64,000 nt of DNA from a virus (taxonomy: Duplodnaviria > Caudoviricetes), in IMG/VR virus record IMGVR_UViG_3300029305_002366, positions 1-64,000 of that record. One strand, written 5' to 3'. Shown piece after piece: positions 1 through 8,891 of this stretch. How positions within the stretch are numbered: the first letter of the stretch is position 1; each line of letters starts with the position of its first letter. The position numbers were made by a program, and so were the translations under genes. A model generated the notes under the pieces. It saw only the letters and a program-made list of their open reading frames with translations. It was not told the DNA's origin and searched no databases.

Positions 1-1
1 T

Positions 2-178
2 CTTACAAGAGCAAAAGAAAAGTGTTTATTACTTGCTGAACCTTCTGCTTTTAAGAAATGTATCAACACAAATAAAACTGTTGCAAGACAAACATGGACA
101 AAAAATATTTTAGAAAATTTTAAAAAACGCTTGACAAAGAGTGGATTGTATGTTATAATATTATTGTGGTTGAAATGA
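2..178 (+). CDS. 3' end of a RecD-like SF1 helicase (partial)
   Basis: Frame 2 reads LTRAKEKCLLLAEPSAFKKCI...ARQTW, matching SF1 helicase motif VI (TRAK) and a RecD2-like tail; truncated by the window edge. Confidence 0.6.
   Translation, partial: LTRAKEKCLLLAEPSAFKKCINTNKTVARQTWTKNILENFKKRLTKSGLYVIILLWLK
131..159 (+). promoter_or_regulatory. sigma-A/sigma70 promoter
   Basis: TTGACA(131-136)-N17-TATAAT(154-159) with extended -10 TGn. Confidence 0.85.
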
Positions 179-213
179 TAGCCACATATTATTTATGATT
201 AACAAAGAGCAAA

Positions 214-885
214 ATGTATATTTGGAGAGTGATATTTATTATTCGTTTTAAATCATTAAGCTGTGCTATATTAACGATAGCAACATTAACATCGTGTACA
301 AAATGTCCCAAAGCAATAAGGAGTGAAAAGGAATGTCAGTCAAATTCACAAGTAAGTATGTCCCAAAGTGTTACAGTTGGCGAAGCTACTACGACTACTA
401 CGACAGTAGGGGTTACTATACCACAGTTTGCAAAGAACCATACGACAACGAATACGACAACTATTACGGATGCGATAGCTACGAAGATGAACACAACAAC
501 GACTCAGATGATGAGTACATTGACTGATTCAATCATAGAGTCAATTGTATATCCAACAGAAACGGAAGTAGTCACAAAAACAGAGCCTTTAAGTGGGTAT
601 TGGGATTGCACATATTATGCCGCTACATCAATGGGTTACACATATCATCCTTGTGGCGCAAGTGGCAATCAGTTAATCTCAGGCTATTCGGTAGCCAGTG
701 ATTACTTTCCTTTTGGTACATTACTTTACATTGAATCTGATTATATGAATGGTACATTTCGTGTAGATGATTGCGGTGTAGGTAGTTATAATACAATTGA
801 TTTTTATTTTTATGATAATTCAGAAATACCAGAGGGATTCTTAAATGCAGGTAGAGTTCCGATAACAATAACAGTAATTGAATAA
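214..885 (+). CDS. 3D-domain cell-wall protein, probable lipoprotein with Thr-rich linker
   Basis: Hydrophobic N-terminus ending LTSC (lipobox-like), Thr-rich middle, C-terminal VASDYFPFGT...RVDDCG...IDFY three-Asp pattern; exact start uncertain. Confidence 0.75.
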   Translation: MYIWRVIFIIRFKSLSCAILTIATLTSCTKCPKAIRSEKECQSNSQVSMSQSVTVGEATTTTTTVGVTIPQFAKNHTTTNTTTITDAIATKMNTTTTQMMSTLTDSIIESIVYPTETEVVTKTEPLSGYWDCTYYAATSMGYTYHPCGASGNQLISGYSVASDYFPFGTLLYIESDYMNGTFRVDDCGVGSYNTIDFYFYDNSEIPEGFLNAGRVPITITVIE

Positions 886-910
886 AAGGAAGGGAGGGTA
901 AAATTGATTT

Positions 911-1096
911 ATGCCAACAGCAGTTAATTCAGCATCACTTTGGAAAGCACGATTTATAGAAGAAATGACAAGAAGTGTTGAACGTGCGGAAGAAATAAAT
1001 AAGAACGCAGAAGTTAAAACAAGACAGCTTACAGAAGAAGAAATGGAAAAGATATTTGGGAATGACCCAAATTATATAAAGGAGATAAAAATATGA
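911..1096 (+). CDS. hypothetical protein
   Basis: ORF with GGAGG RBS, overlaps next start. Confidence 0.6.
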   Translation: MPTAVNSASLWKARFIEEMTRSVERAEEINKNAEVKTRQLTEEEMEKIFGNDPNYIKEIKI

Positions 1097-1344
1097 GAAG
1101 AATTACAAGACCAATCCTAATTGACACAGTTGACAAGGTTAAGGATTTTGTTAAGCAGACAAATAAGTTCCTGAGAGAAGTTGATGTAAGTTCAAGCGGT
1201 AAGTATGTAGTTGATGGACGTAGCCTACTTGGAATCCTCAGTCTTGATACAAGTAAGCCTGTTGTAGTTAACTACTCAGAAGAAGATGAGGAACTTGCCG
1301 AAATCTTTATCAGTAAGTATTTTGTAAGGGGAGTAAACATATGA
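1093..1344 (+). CDS. HPr-family protein lacking the His15 motif
   Basis: KDFV...GKYVVDGRSLLGILSLD matches the HPr fold around Ser46; GLHARP motif absent. Confidence 0.75.
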   Translation: MRRITRPILIDTVDKVKDFVKQTNKFLREVDVSSSGKYVVDGRSLLGILSLDTSKPVVVNYSEEDEELAEIFISKYFVRGVNI

Positions 1345-2036
1345 AAGTTGAATTAATCTCATGGACTAAAGACCCAATAGGGACTTGCGCTATTGCCGCT
1401 TCGATGTGTTATGCCAGTGAGCCAAGTAGAAAGATAGTAAAAGGATGTATTAAAAGTGGTCACACTTCAATACTTGAACACGCTTCTTTTACATTTAAAA
1501 TTACAGGTGTATCACGTAGTTTTCTTGCACAGATAACAAGACACAGACACGCAAGCCCATCCGTTGAATCACAAAGATACGTTGAATATGATAATCTTTC
1601 ATGGGTACTACCAACTGACTTAATGCCATACACAGATGACACTATGTATCTTGAAGATGAAATGAAAAATAGTTGCAATGAATCTTTGAGAACATATAAA
1701 AAATTACTCAGTCTTGGTTGTGTTCCTGATGAAGCACGTTCAGTTCTTCCTAATGCAACACCTACAAATATGGTTGAAACGATGAACATAAGAGCATTAA
1801 TGAACTTTTTTGGTTTGAGACTTTGTCAAAGAGCAAGCAGAGAAATAAGAGAAGTAGCGAAAGCTATGAAGAAAGCAATTCTAACCTGCCCTGACCTTAC
1901 AGACGAAGATAAGGATATTCTTGACAAGCTGTTTGTTCCCAAGTGTGAAAGTTTTGAAATTCCATACTGTTCTGAGTATAAGGGATGTGGTAGACATAAG
2001 CCATTAAAGGATATTGTAAAGGAGGAATACAAGTAA
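1341..2036 (+). CDS. thyX: FAD-dependent thymidylate synthase
   Basis: GHTSILEHASFTF, QITRHRHASPSVESQRY (RHRx7SxR), EARSVLPNA. Confidence 0.95.
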   Translation: MKVELISWTKDPIGTCAIAASMCYASEPSRKIVKGCIKSGHTSILEHASFTFKITGVSRSFLAQITRHRHASPSVESQRYVEYDNLSWVLPTDLMPYTDDTMYLEDEMKNSCNESLRTYKKLLSLGCVPDEARSVLPNATPTNMVETMNIRALMNFFGLRLCQRASREIREVAKAMKKAILTCPDLTDEDKDILDKLFVPKCESFEIPYCSEYKGCGRHKPLKDIVKEEYK

Positions 2037-2605
2037 TGAAGCCTATAATTTGTATTATTGGAGTAAGTGGCTCAGGCAAATCAACAATAGTAAATAGACT
2101 TGAACGTAAATATGGATATAAGTCTGTACGTTCTTATACTACAAGACCTATTCGTGAGAATGACGATAAAGATATTTACACTCACACATTTATATCCAGT
2201 GAGGAAGTTGAGAACTACAAGGATAATATAGTTGCTTACAATAAATACAATGGTTATGAATACTTTGCCACACAACAGCAGATTGATGAAGCAGACTTGT
2301 ATGTAACAGATATCGTTGGACTTTGTGAACTTAAAGAAAAGTATCAGGGATGCAAGACTATCCTTTCTTTCTTTATTGATTGTGATAGTTCAATAGTCGC
2401 AAAGCGTATGGCAGACAGAGGGGATTCAGATGAACAGATAATGAAGCGACTTGATTACGATTCAAAGGCTTTCAAGGATGGCAAGCATATATGTGATTTT
2501 ATATTTGCTAACGAGAATCGAAATCAGATGAATGATATTGTAGATTATATTGCACTAACATTGGAGCATTATAATTCAAGAATATATGGCACTATGGAGA
2601 TATAA
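2036..2605 (+). CDS. gmk: guanylate kinase-like protein
   Basis: P-loop GVSGSGKST and YTTRPIRENE-type motif. Confidence 0.85.
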   Translation: MKPIICIIGVSGSGKSTIVNRLERKYGYKSVRSYTTRPIRENDDKDIYTHTFISSEEVENYKDNIVAYNKYNGYEYFATQQQIDEADLYVTDIVGLCELKEKYQGCKTILSFFIDCDSSIVAKRMADRGDSDEQIMKRLDYDSKAFKDGKHICDFIFANENRNQMNDIVDYIALTLEHYNSRIYGTMEI

Positions 2606-2606
2606 C

Positions 2607-2747
2607 ATGATTGCTCTTATATTAACTTGTACAGCTATAAATGCTCTCTGCATTTTCTGTTGCTGTAAGTCAGCAGGTAATGCGGAGAGACATATAGAAA
2701 AAATAAATTTAAGAAAGGGTGATAACGATGATAACACTTTACAGTAA
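2607..2747 (+). CDS. small membrane protein (46 aa, not in ORF track)
   Basis: GGAG RBS; MIALILTCTAINALCIFCCCKSAGNAERHIEK...; hydrophobic N-terminus. Confidence 0.55.
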   Translation: MIALILTCTAINALCIFCCCKSAGNAERHIEKINLRKGDNDDNTLQ

Positions 2748-2946
2748 TGGTTGTCCTATGTGTAATTTACTCAAATTGAAACTCAAAGAAGCAAAAGTTG
2801 AATTTGATATTTGTAGTGACGTTGATGTAATGACAAACATGGGTATGACAAAAGTTCCTATGCTAAAAGTAAATGACAAACTTTTTGATTTGGACGAAGC
2901 ACTTGAATGGTTAAAGAAGCAGATAGGAGAGGATGACAATGTATAA
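2728..2946 (+). CDS. nrdH: NrdH/glutaredoxin-like redoxin
   Basis: CPMC active site, KVPML cis-Pro motif; directly upstream of nrdD. Confidence 0.85.
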   Translation: MITLYSNGCPMCNLLKLKLKEAKVEFDICSDVDVMTNMGMTKVPMLKVNDKLFDLDEALEWLKKQIGEDDNV

Positions 2947-4783
2947 AGAGAAGTATGAAAAATTTCGCAAGAATGTTGATTTTATTAACAGTTACAGAAC
3001 AGCCAGTAATGCCGCAACAGGTAGTAAGTATGACAGTAACGCTAACGTAGAGTTCAAGAATATTTGTACCTGTGCAGGTGAACTTGTTAAGGGTGACAAG
3101 ATAGGTACAAACAGACTGCTTATGATTGATATGATTACTAAACTGTTTGATGCTGACCTTGCGGAAGAATATATTAGACAGCTTGAATCACATGAAATTT
3201 ATAAGCACGATGAAACATCATTGAATCCTTATTGTGTTGCACTTACTATGTACCCATTCCTTCTTCATGGTCTTTCAGAAATTGGTGGTATCAGTTCTGC
3301 ACCACAGCATCTTGATTCATATGTAGGTTCGTTTATCAATCTTGTATTTGCCGTAGCCGCACAGTTTGCAGGTGCAGTAGCCACACCTGAGTTTATTCTT
3401 TACTTTGATTACTTCCTCAGAAAAGATTATGGTAATGATTATCTTGAACATCTTGACGAAGTATTATCTCCTGATTGGGTAATCCGTAAGAGAACCCTCA
3501 GACAGAAGATACACGATTACTTTGAACAGGTAACATATAGTGTTAACCAACCTGCCGCCGCAAGAGATTATCAGTCTTGTTTCTGGAACGTAGCATACTT
3601 TGATAATTCATTCTTTGAGGGAATGTTTGGTGATTTCAGATTCCCTGATACAACTAAGCCTATATGGGAAACATTTGATTGGTTACAGAGAGAATACATC
3701 GAATGGATTAACAAGGAGAGAGATAAGAAGATAATCACATTCCCTGTTGAAACAGTTAATCTTCTTGAAGATGGTGAAAAGTTTGTTAATGAAGATTGGG
3801 CTGATTATACTGCTGAAATGTATAGCAAGGGTTCACAGTTCTTTACCTATCACAGCAACAGTGTTGATAGTCTTAGTTCTTGTTGTAGACTTGCTAATCA
3901 GATGGTTGATAATACATTCTCATACACTCTTGGTGCAGGTGGTGTATCAACAGGTTCAAAGGGAGTTATTACAATCAATATCAATCGTCTTGTTCAGAAC
4001 GCTGTGCGTGACGGTAAGTCTATTGAGGATGCCGTTAAGGAACAGATTGACAAGGTACACAAGTATCTGATTGCTTTCAATGAAATTATCATGGATAATC
4101 TGAGAGCCAATATGCTTAGTATCTACAATGCAGGATTCATTGATATGGACAAGCAGTATCTTACTATTGGTATTAACGGTTTTGTCGAGGGTGCTGAGTT
4201 CTTGGGAATTAAGATATCACCTAATGAAGATTATTTTAAGTATGGTGAATCCATTCTGAAACCTATCTATGAAGCTAATCGTAACGCAAAGACAAAGCAC
4301 ATCATGTTCAATTGCGAATTTGTACCTGCTGAGAATCTTGGAGTTAAAAACGCTAAATGGGATAAGGAAGATGGATATGTTGTTCCAAGAGATTGCTACA
4401 ATAGTTACTTCTTTATCGTAGAGGATGAGACTTGCAGTATCGTTGATAAGTATATTCTTCATGGTAATAAACTTACACAGTATCTTGATGGTGGTTCTGC
4501 ACAGCATAATAACTTTGCTGAATATCCCACTAAGGAGCAGTACCGTAAGATGCTTGACCTCTCAATCAAGACTGGTTCAAAGTATGTAACATCTAATGTA
4601 AAGAATACTGTTTGCGATAAGTGCGGTTATATCTCAAAGCATACACTTGATGTTTGCCCTCATTGTGGTAATAAAGACCTTGATTACACTACAAGAATCA
4701 TAGGTTACACTAAGAGAATATCTTCATTCTCAGAACCAAGACAGGCAGAGGAAAGCCGTAGACACTATGACAAGGCGAATTAA
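2933..4783 (+). CDS. nrdD: class III (anaerobic) ribonucleotide reductase, no ATP cone
   Basis: IYKHD, PYC, SSCCRL finger loop, CDKC/CPHC Zn site, TRIIGY glycyl-radical motif. Confidence 0.95.
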   Translation: MTMYKEKYEKFRKNVDFINSYRTASNAATGSKYDSNANVEFKNICTCAGELVKGDKIGTNRLLMIDMITKLFDADLAEEYIRQLESHEIYKHDETSLNPYCVALTMYPFLLHGLSEIGGISSAPQHLDSYVGSFINLVFAVAAQFAGAVATPEFILYFDYFLRKDYGNDYLEHLDEVLSPDWVIRKRTLRQKIHDYFEQVTYSVNQPAAARDYQSCFWNVAYFDNSFFEGMFGDFRFPDTTKPIWETFDWLQREYIEWINKERDKKIITFPVETVNLLEDGEKFVNEDWADYTAEMYSKGSQFFTYHSNSVDSLSSCCRLANQMVDNTFSYTLGAGGVSTGSKGVITININRLVQNAVRDGKSIEDAVKEQIDKVHKYLIAFNEIIMDNLRANMLSIYNAGFIDMDKQYLTIGINGFVEGAEFLGIKISPNEDYFKYGESILKPIYEANRNAKTKHIMFNCEFVPAENLGVKNAKWDKEDGYVVPRDCYNSYFFIVEDETCSIVDKYILHGNKLTQYLDGGSAQHNNFAEYPTKEQYRKMLDLSIKTGSKYVTSNVKNTVCDKCGYISKHTLDVCPHCGNKDLDYTTRIIGYTKRISSFSEPRQAEESRRHYDKAN

Positions 4784-5252
4784 GTATGTTAGCACTTGTA
4801 TAGCATTACAGGAAGTTCCTGATGAAATACCTCTGATAATAAATGTAAGTGGTTGCCCTCATCATTGTGAGGGTTGCCACTCACAATACTTGTGGGAATA
4901 CACAGGTAATTATTTAACAGATGATATCGTTTCACTCATAGAAAAGAACAAGGAATATATCACTTGTGTTTGTCTTATGGGTGGTGATTATAATATTACA
5001 GAGTTAAATTTTATTATGGGTATTATATCTCAGTACGGATTAAAAACTTGTTTATACACAGGTTTAAATTATATTCCAAACGGACTGGTAATGCTTGACT
5101 ATATTAAGATAGGTGCTTATAAAAAAGAACTTGGTGGGCTTGATAAGATTACCACCAATCAAAGATTTTACAAAAATATTAATAATCAGTACGTTGATAT
5201 AACAGAGAAATTTCAAATAAAGGAGAAGTTATATGTTCAAAATAAAACCTAA
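4767..5252 (+). CDS. nrdG: class III RNR activase (radical SAM)
   Basis: GCPHHCEGCHS (CxxxCxxC), LDYIKIGAY, TNQRFY. Confidence 0.92.
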   Translation: MTRRIKYVSTCIALQEVPDEIPLIINVSGCPHHCEGCHSQYLWEYTGNYLTDDIVSLIEKNKEYITCVCLMGGDYNITELNFIMGIISQYGLKTCLYTGLNYIPNGLVMLDYIKIGAYKKELGGLDKITTNQRFYKNINNQYVDITEKFQIKEKLYVQNKT

Positions 5253-5436
5253 TCCTGATACAGAGTTTTATAATAAGATAACTCAGGCGGTCAAGAATAA
5301 CGATGGCTATTGTCCATGTATGCTTCAAAAGACAGAAAATACCAAATGTATGTGTAAGGCTTTTCGTGAACAGAAAACAGAGGGATTCTGCCATTGCAAA
5401 CGCTTTATTAAAACAGAGGTAAACAATAATGCTTGA
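5233..5436 (+). CDS. minimal ferredoxin:thioredoxin reductase catalytic-subunit-like protein
   Basis: GYCPC...CMC...GFCHC matches the FTR-c CPC/CPC/CHC cysteine pattern. Confidence 0.8.
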   Translation: MFKIKPNPDTEFYNKITQAVKNNDGYCPCMLQKTENTKCMCKAFREQKTEGFCHCKRFIKTEVNNNA

Positions 5437-5487
5437 TTCGTTCATGTAATATAGCAATTGCGAAAATAATTTAAAAAGGGTGATTTA

Positions 5488-6429
5488 ATGGGTGGAAGTA
5501 AATTTATAGATTTAACAGGAATAAAATTTAATCATTTAACGGTTATTAAGCGTGTACCTGATAGGATAGCTAAATCTGGCAGACATACTACAATGTGGGA
5601 ATGTCAATGCGACTGTGGGAATCCACACCATGTAATAGTAGATGGTTCAAAATTAAAAAATGGATTAACTAAATCATGTGGGTGTTTAAAATCTCCTGAT
5701 TTAACTGGAATGAGGTTTGGCAGATTGGTTGTTCTTGGTCAAGATGGATATTATACAACAAAAAAGGGCAATCGTGAGAAGAAATGGGTTTGTAGATGTG
5801 ATTGCGGTAATGTTAAAACTATTATCGGGGGCAATTTAAAAAGAGGTAAAACATTATCATGTGGTTGTTTGAATAGTGAACTTGCCAGTCAAAGAGCAAA
5901 GAAATATAACGATTACGAAATTCAAGAAGATTATGTAATTATGTACACCCTTAAAGGCGAACCGTTTCTTGTTGACCTTGAAGATTTTTGGAAAGTCAAA
6001 AATATTTGTTGGAGTATAAATGCACATGGATATTTAATAGGGTATATTAATCATAGAGAAGTGTTACTTCATAATTATATAATGGACTGTCCTGATGGCA
6101 TGGTAGTTGACCATAAACACGGAAGTAAAACTAAATACGACAACCGAAAAGAAAATCTTAGAATAGCAACTTATCAGGAGAATAATTTTAATGCGGCATT
6201 AAGTAAAAACAACACATCAGGTACAACAGGAGTGCATTGGAGTAAGAAAAAACAAAAATGGGTTGCAAGAATTACAATGAATTATAAAACAAAATATTTA
6301 GGTTCATTTGACAATTATGATGATGCAGTCAAAGCACGTAAAGAAGCAGAGGATAAATACTTTGGCGAATGGTCTTATGACAATAGCCAACGCACGATAA
6401 GTTGTAATCACGGAGGGGAAAATGTTTGA
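5488..6429 (+). CDS. HNH endonuclease with Cys-rich repeats and C-terminal AP2 domain
   Basis: Two CxCDCG...SCGC repeats, VVDH...DNRKENLR, NNTSGTTGV, WVARI...LGSF. Confidence 0.88.
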   Translation: MGGSKFIDLTGIKFNHLTVIKRVPDRIAKSGRHTTMWECQCDCGNPHHVIVDGSKLKNGLTKSCGCLKSPDLTGMRFGRLVVLGQDGYYTTKKGNREKKWVCRCDCGNVKTIIGGNLKRGKTLSCGCLNSELASQRAKKYNDYEIQEDYVIMYTLKGEPFLVDLEDFWKVKNICWSINAHGYLIGYINHREVLLHNYIMDCPDGMVVDHKHGSKTKYDNRKENLRIATYQENNFNAALSKNNTSGTTGVHWSKKKQKWVARITMNYKTKYLGSFDNYDDAVKARKEAEDKYFGEWSYDNSQRTISCNHGGENV

Positions 6430-6643
6430 TTCTACGGTTTGTTCAGAATTTCCTATTAACAATAATTATTATTTGTGGTTAGAATATAAATCCGAAATCG
6501 GAGAGATATATTATATAACATCAAACAAAAGTCGCAACGAATATCAATTATGGAAAGGGAATAAGAAAACAAGATATACAAGTGATAATCCAGAAGATTT
6601 ATACGAACATATTAAAGACAAAGACAAGGGGCAAATTGTATGA
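6422..6643 (+). CDS. hypothetical protein
   Basis: ORF with GGAGG RBS. Confidence 0.6.
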   Translation: MFDSTVCSEFPINNNYYLWLEYKSEIGEIYYITSNKSRNEYQLWKGNKKTRYTSDNPEDLYEHIKDKDKGQIV

Positions 6644-6644
6644 T

Positions 6645-7184
6645 ATGAATAGAATAAAAGATATTAATTTAAAATTGGAAGATAATGATTATATATACGC
6701 TTCTGATTCAAAAGGATTTTATAATATAGGGAACATAGTTAAAGTTTACGTAGACAAGGAAGATTTTCCAATTGTAAGAAGATACGGATGGTATATTTCA
6801 AATAAAGGATATGTATACACTATGATTGAAAATCATACAATTTTTATTCATAGAATGATTATGAAATGTAACGATACGAATGTTGTTATAGACCATAATG
6901 ACGGTAACAAACTTAATAATAGAAAAAGTAATCTTATCGAAATGACGAATGAAGAAAATTTGTATAAAGCATGGAAAGTACAAAATTTATACAACACCAA
7001 TAAAAAGGTTGCAATGTATGATAAATATGATAATGATTATTTAGAACCATTAAAAATTTTTAATAGTCAGAAAGAAGCCGCATTGTATTTAACAGGAGGG
7101 TGTATAGGACAAGGAAGTATATCAAACGCTTGTTCTGGAAAGCGCAAATCAGCATTAGGATATCGTTGGAGGTATATAACATGA
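6645..7184 (+). CDS. HNH endonuclease with NUMOD1-like C-terminus
   Basis: IHRMI...IDHNDGNKLNNRKSNL; FNSQKEAA...ISNACSGKRKSALGYRW. Confidence 0.85.
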   Translation: MNRIKDINLKLEDNDYIYASDSKGFYNIGNIVKVYVDKEDFPIVRRYGWYISNKGYVYTMIENHTIFIHRMIMKCNDTNVVIDHNDGNKLNNRKSNLIEMTNEENLYKAWKVQNLYNTNKKVAMYDKYDNDYLEPLKIFNSQKEAALYLTGGCIGQGSISNACSGKRKSALGYRWRYIT

Positions 7185-7966
7185 GGTACATGGGAAGTAA
7201 GTCACGCATTGTCAAATATATAGTTCCTATTATACAGCAATGTATAGATGATTCACACAGCGATACTTATATTGAACCATTTGTGGGTGGAGCAAATGTA
7301 ATTGATAAGATTAAGTGTTGGAGAAGAATCGGATATGATGAGAACCAATATCTAATTGCATTGCTTAAACACGTTCAAGCAAACGGTAAACTTCTTAATG
7401 AAGTACCAAGAGACTTATATAACACTATAAGAACTGAATATCGCAATGGTACTTGTAAGGCTTCTGATTGGCTTATAGCAAACGTAGGATTCCTTGCAAG
7501 TTATAATGGTAGATGGTTCGATGGCGGTTACGCACAGTCAGGATATGAGAAAACAAAAACAGGCGAAAGATACAGAGACTATTATCAGGAAAGCAAACGT
7601 AATCTTGAATCACAAGCACAGGACTTACAGGATATATGGTTTGATTGTAAAGATTACAGAGACATATGGACTAAAGGACAAGCATATAATTGTGTAATAT
7701 ATTGTGACCCACCTTATGCTAACACAAAACAGTTTGCTAACTCACAAGACTTTGACTATGAAGAATTTTGGGAAACAATGCGTAAATGGAGTAAAACTAA
7801 TTATGTTCTTATCAGTGAACTTGAAGCACCTAATGATTTTATTTGTATATGGCAAAAGGATGTACAGCGTAGTATGAAGTCAACAGATAATACTATGAGA
7901 GCAGTTGAAAAACTATTCGTTCATAAGAATGGTTTATATGATAATAAATTTATAAAAGGAGAATAA
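7181..7966 (+). CDS. Dam-like (D12 class) DNA adenine methyltransferase
   Basis: MRYMGSK, YIEPFVGG, IYCDPPY; start re-assigned to ATG 7181 after GGAGGT. Confidence 0.9.
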   Translation: MRYMGSKSRIVKYIVPIIQQCIDDSHSDTYIEPFVGGANVIDKIKCWRRIGYDENQYLIALLKHVQANGKLLNEVPRDLYNTIRTEYRNGTCKASDWLIANVGFLASYNGRWFDGGYAQSGYEKTKTGERYRDYYQESKRNLESQAQDLQDIWFDCKDYRDIWTKGQAYNCVIYCDPPYANTKQFANSQDFDYEEFWETMRKWSKTNYVLISELEAPNDFICIWQKDVQRSMKSTDNTMRAVEKLFVHKNGLYDNKFIKGE

Positions 7967-7971
7967 TAATT

Positions 7972-8310
7972 ATGGCTATTAACAACAAGGATATGCTTGA
8001 CAGCATCGACAAACAGATTGAAGAACTCTACGTCAAGAGAGCAGAAATCGAAAACGCAATCGAACAGGAAAAGAGAGAAGCGGAAAAGAAAAAGAAGGAA
8101 GAAAAGGAAAAAGAACTTACAGCTATTAAAAATGCTATCAAGGCATTTAATGAAAAGCATAACGAAAACTACTCACTTGTAAAGAGTATTGAAATAAAGG
8201 CTGATGATTTCCCTTGCCACAAGCATCTCCCAAGTGATTTCACTATTGAATTTAAAGGAGAACCTATTAATAAACCTTTTTCAGAATATCTTAAATCTTT
8301 ACTGGGGTGA
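7972..8310 (+). CDS. hypothetical coiled-coil protein
   Basis: AAGGAG RBS, K/E-rich helix. Confidence 0.65.
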   Translation: MAINNKDMLDSIDKQIEELYVKRAEIENAIEQEKREAEKKKKEEKEKELTAIKNAIKAFNEKHNENYSLVKSIEIKADDFPCHKHLPSDFTIEFKGEPINKPFSEYLKSLLG

Positions 8311-8891
8311 TTAATATGGGACTTACAATCGGTGTGGATATTGACAACTGCCTTAACAATTTAACTGAATCTGTCCTTAAAGTCTATAACGCAGACAGCG
8401 GAGACAATCTCTCTCTGTCTGATATTACAGCTTATCATATAGAAAACTTTGTGAAGCCTGAGTATAAGGAAACCTTTTGGCATTACTTTCTTGATAAAAG
8501 GGTTTGGAAGGGAATATCTATTATTGACGGATGCCGTGAGGTTATTGCTAAACTTCATAACGAAGGACATAAGATTATATTTGTTACAACCACAGAAGCA
8601 GAAAATCTTCCCAAGAAAAAGAATTGGTTGCAACGTAATCTTCCATTCCTTGAAATACGTAAATGTTTATATTCTTGTCCACGAAAACAGTATATGAAAT
8701 GTGATATCTTAATTGATGACTGTTTAAAGAATTTAGTAGGAGATAAAGAATACTATTCCGTATGTCTTACTTATCCGTGGAATACAACCGAATTAGAAGA
8801 ATCAGTTCCAATGTTTACCAGAGCAAAGGACTGGAATGAAATTTATAATAAGGTCAAGATGATTGAATCACTAATAAAGGAGAACGAATGA
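8307..8891 (+). CDS. 5'(3')-deoxyribonucleotidase (NT5C, HAD family)
   Basis: GVDIDNCL, DILIDD, YPWN. Confidence 0.88.
   Translation: MINMGLTIGVDIDNCLNNLTESVLKVYNADSGDNLSLSDITAYHIENFVKPEYKETFWHYFLDKRVWKGISIIDGCREVIAKLHNEGHKIIFVTTTEAENLPKKKNWLQRNLPFLEIRKCLYSCPRKQYMKCDILIDDCLKNLVGDKEYYSVCLTYPWNTTELEESVPMFTRAKDWNEIYNKVKMIESLIKENE

Noticed and set aside
333-527. Nested Tyr/Asp-rich ORF with a possible GGAG RBS
   Set aside because: Composition is explained as a shifted frame of the ACN (Thr) codons of the 3D protein linker
1460-2275. Antisense and shadow ORFs here and throughout the ORF track
   Set aside because: They lie opposite or within well-supported genes and lack RBSs and recognisable motifs
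2933-4783. Intein or intron in nrdD (also checked terL and yonO)
   Set aside because: Frames are continuous and sizes are normal; no splice motifs noticed
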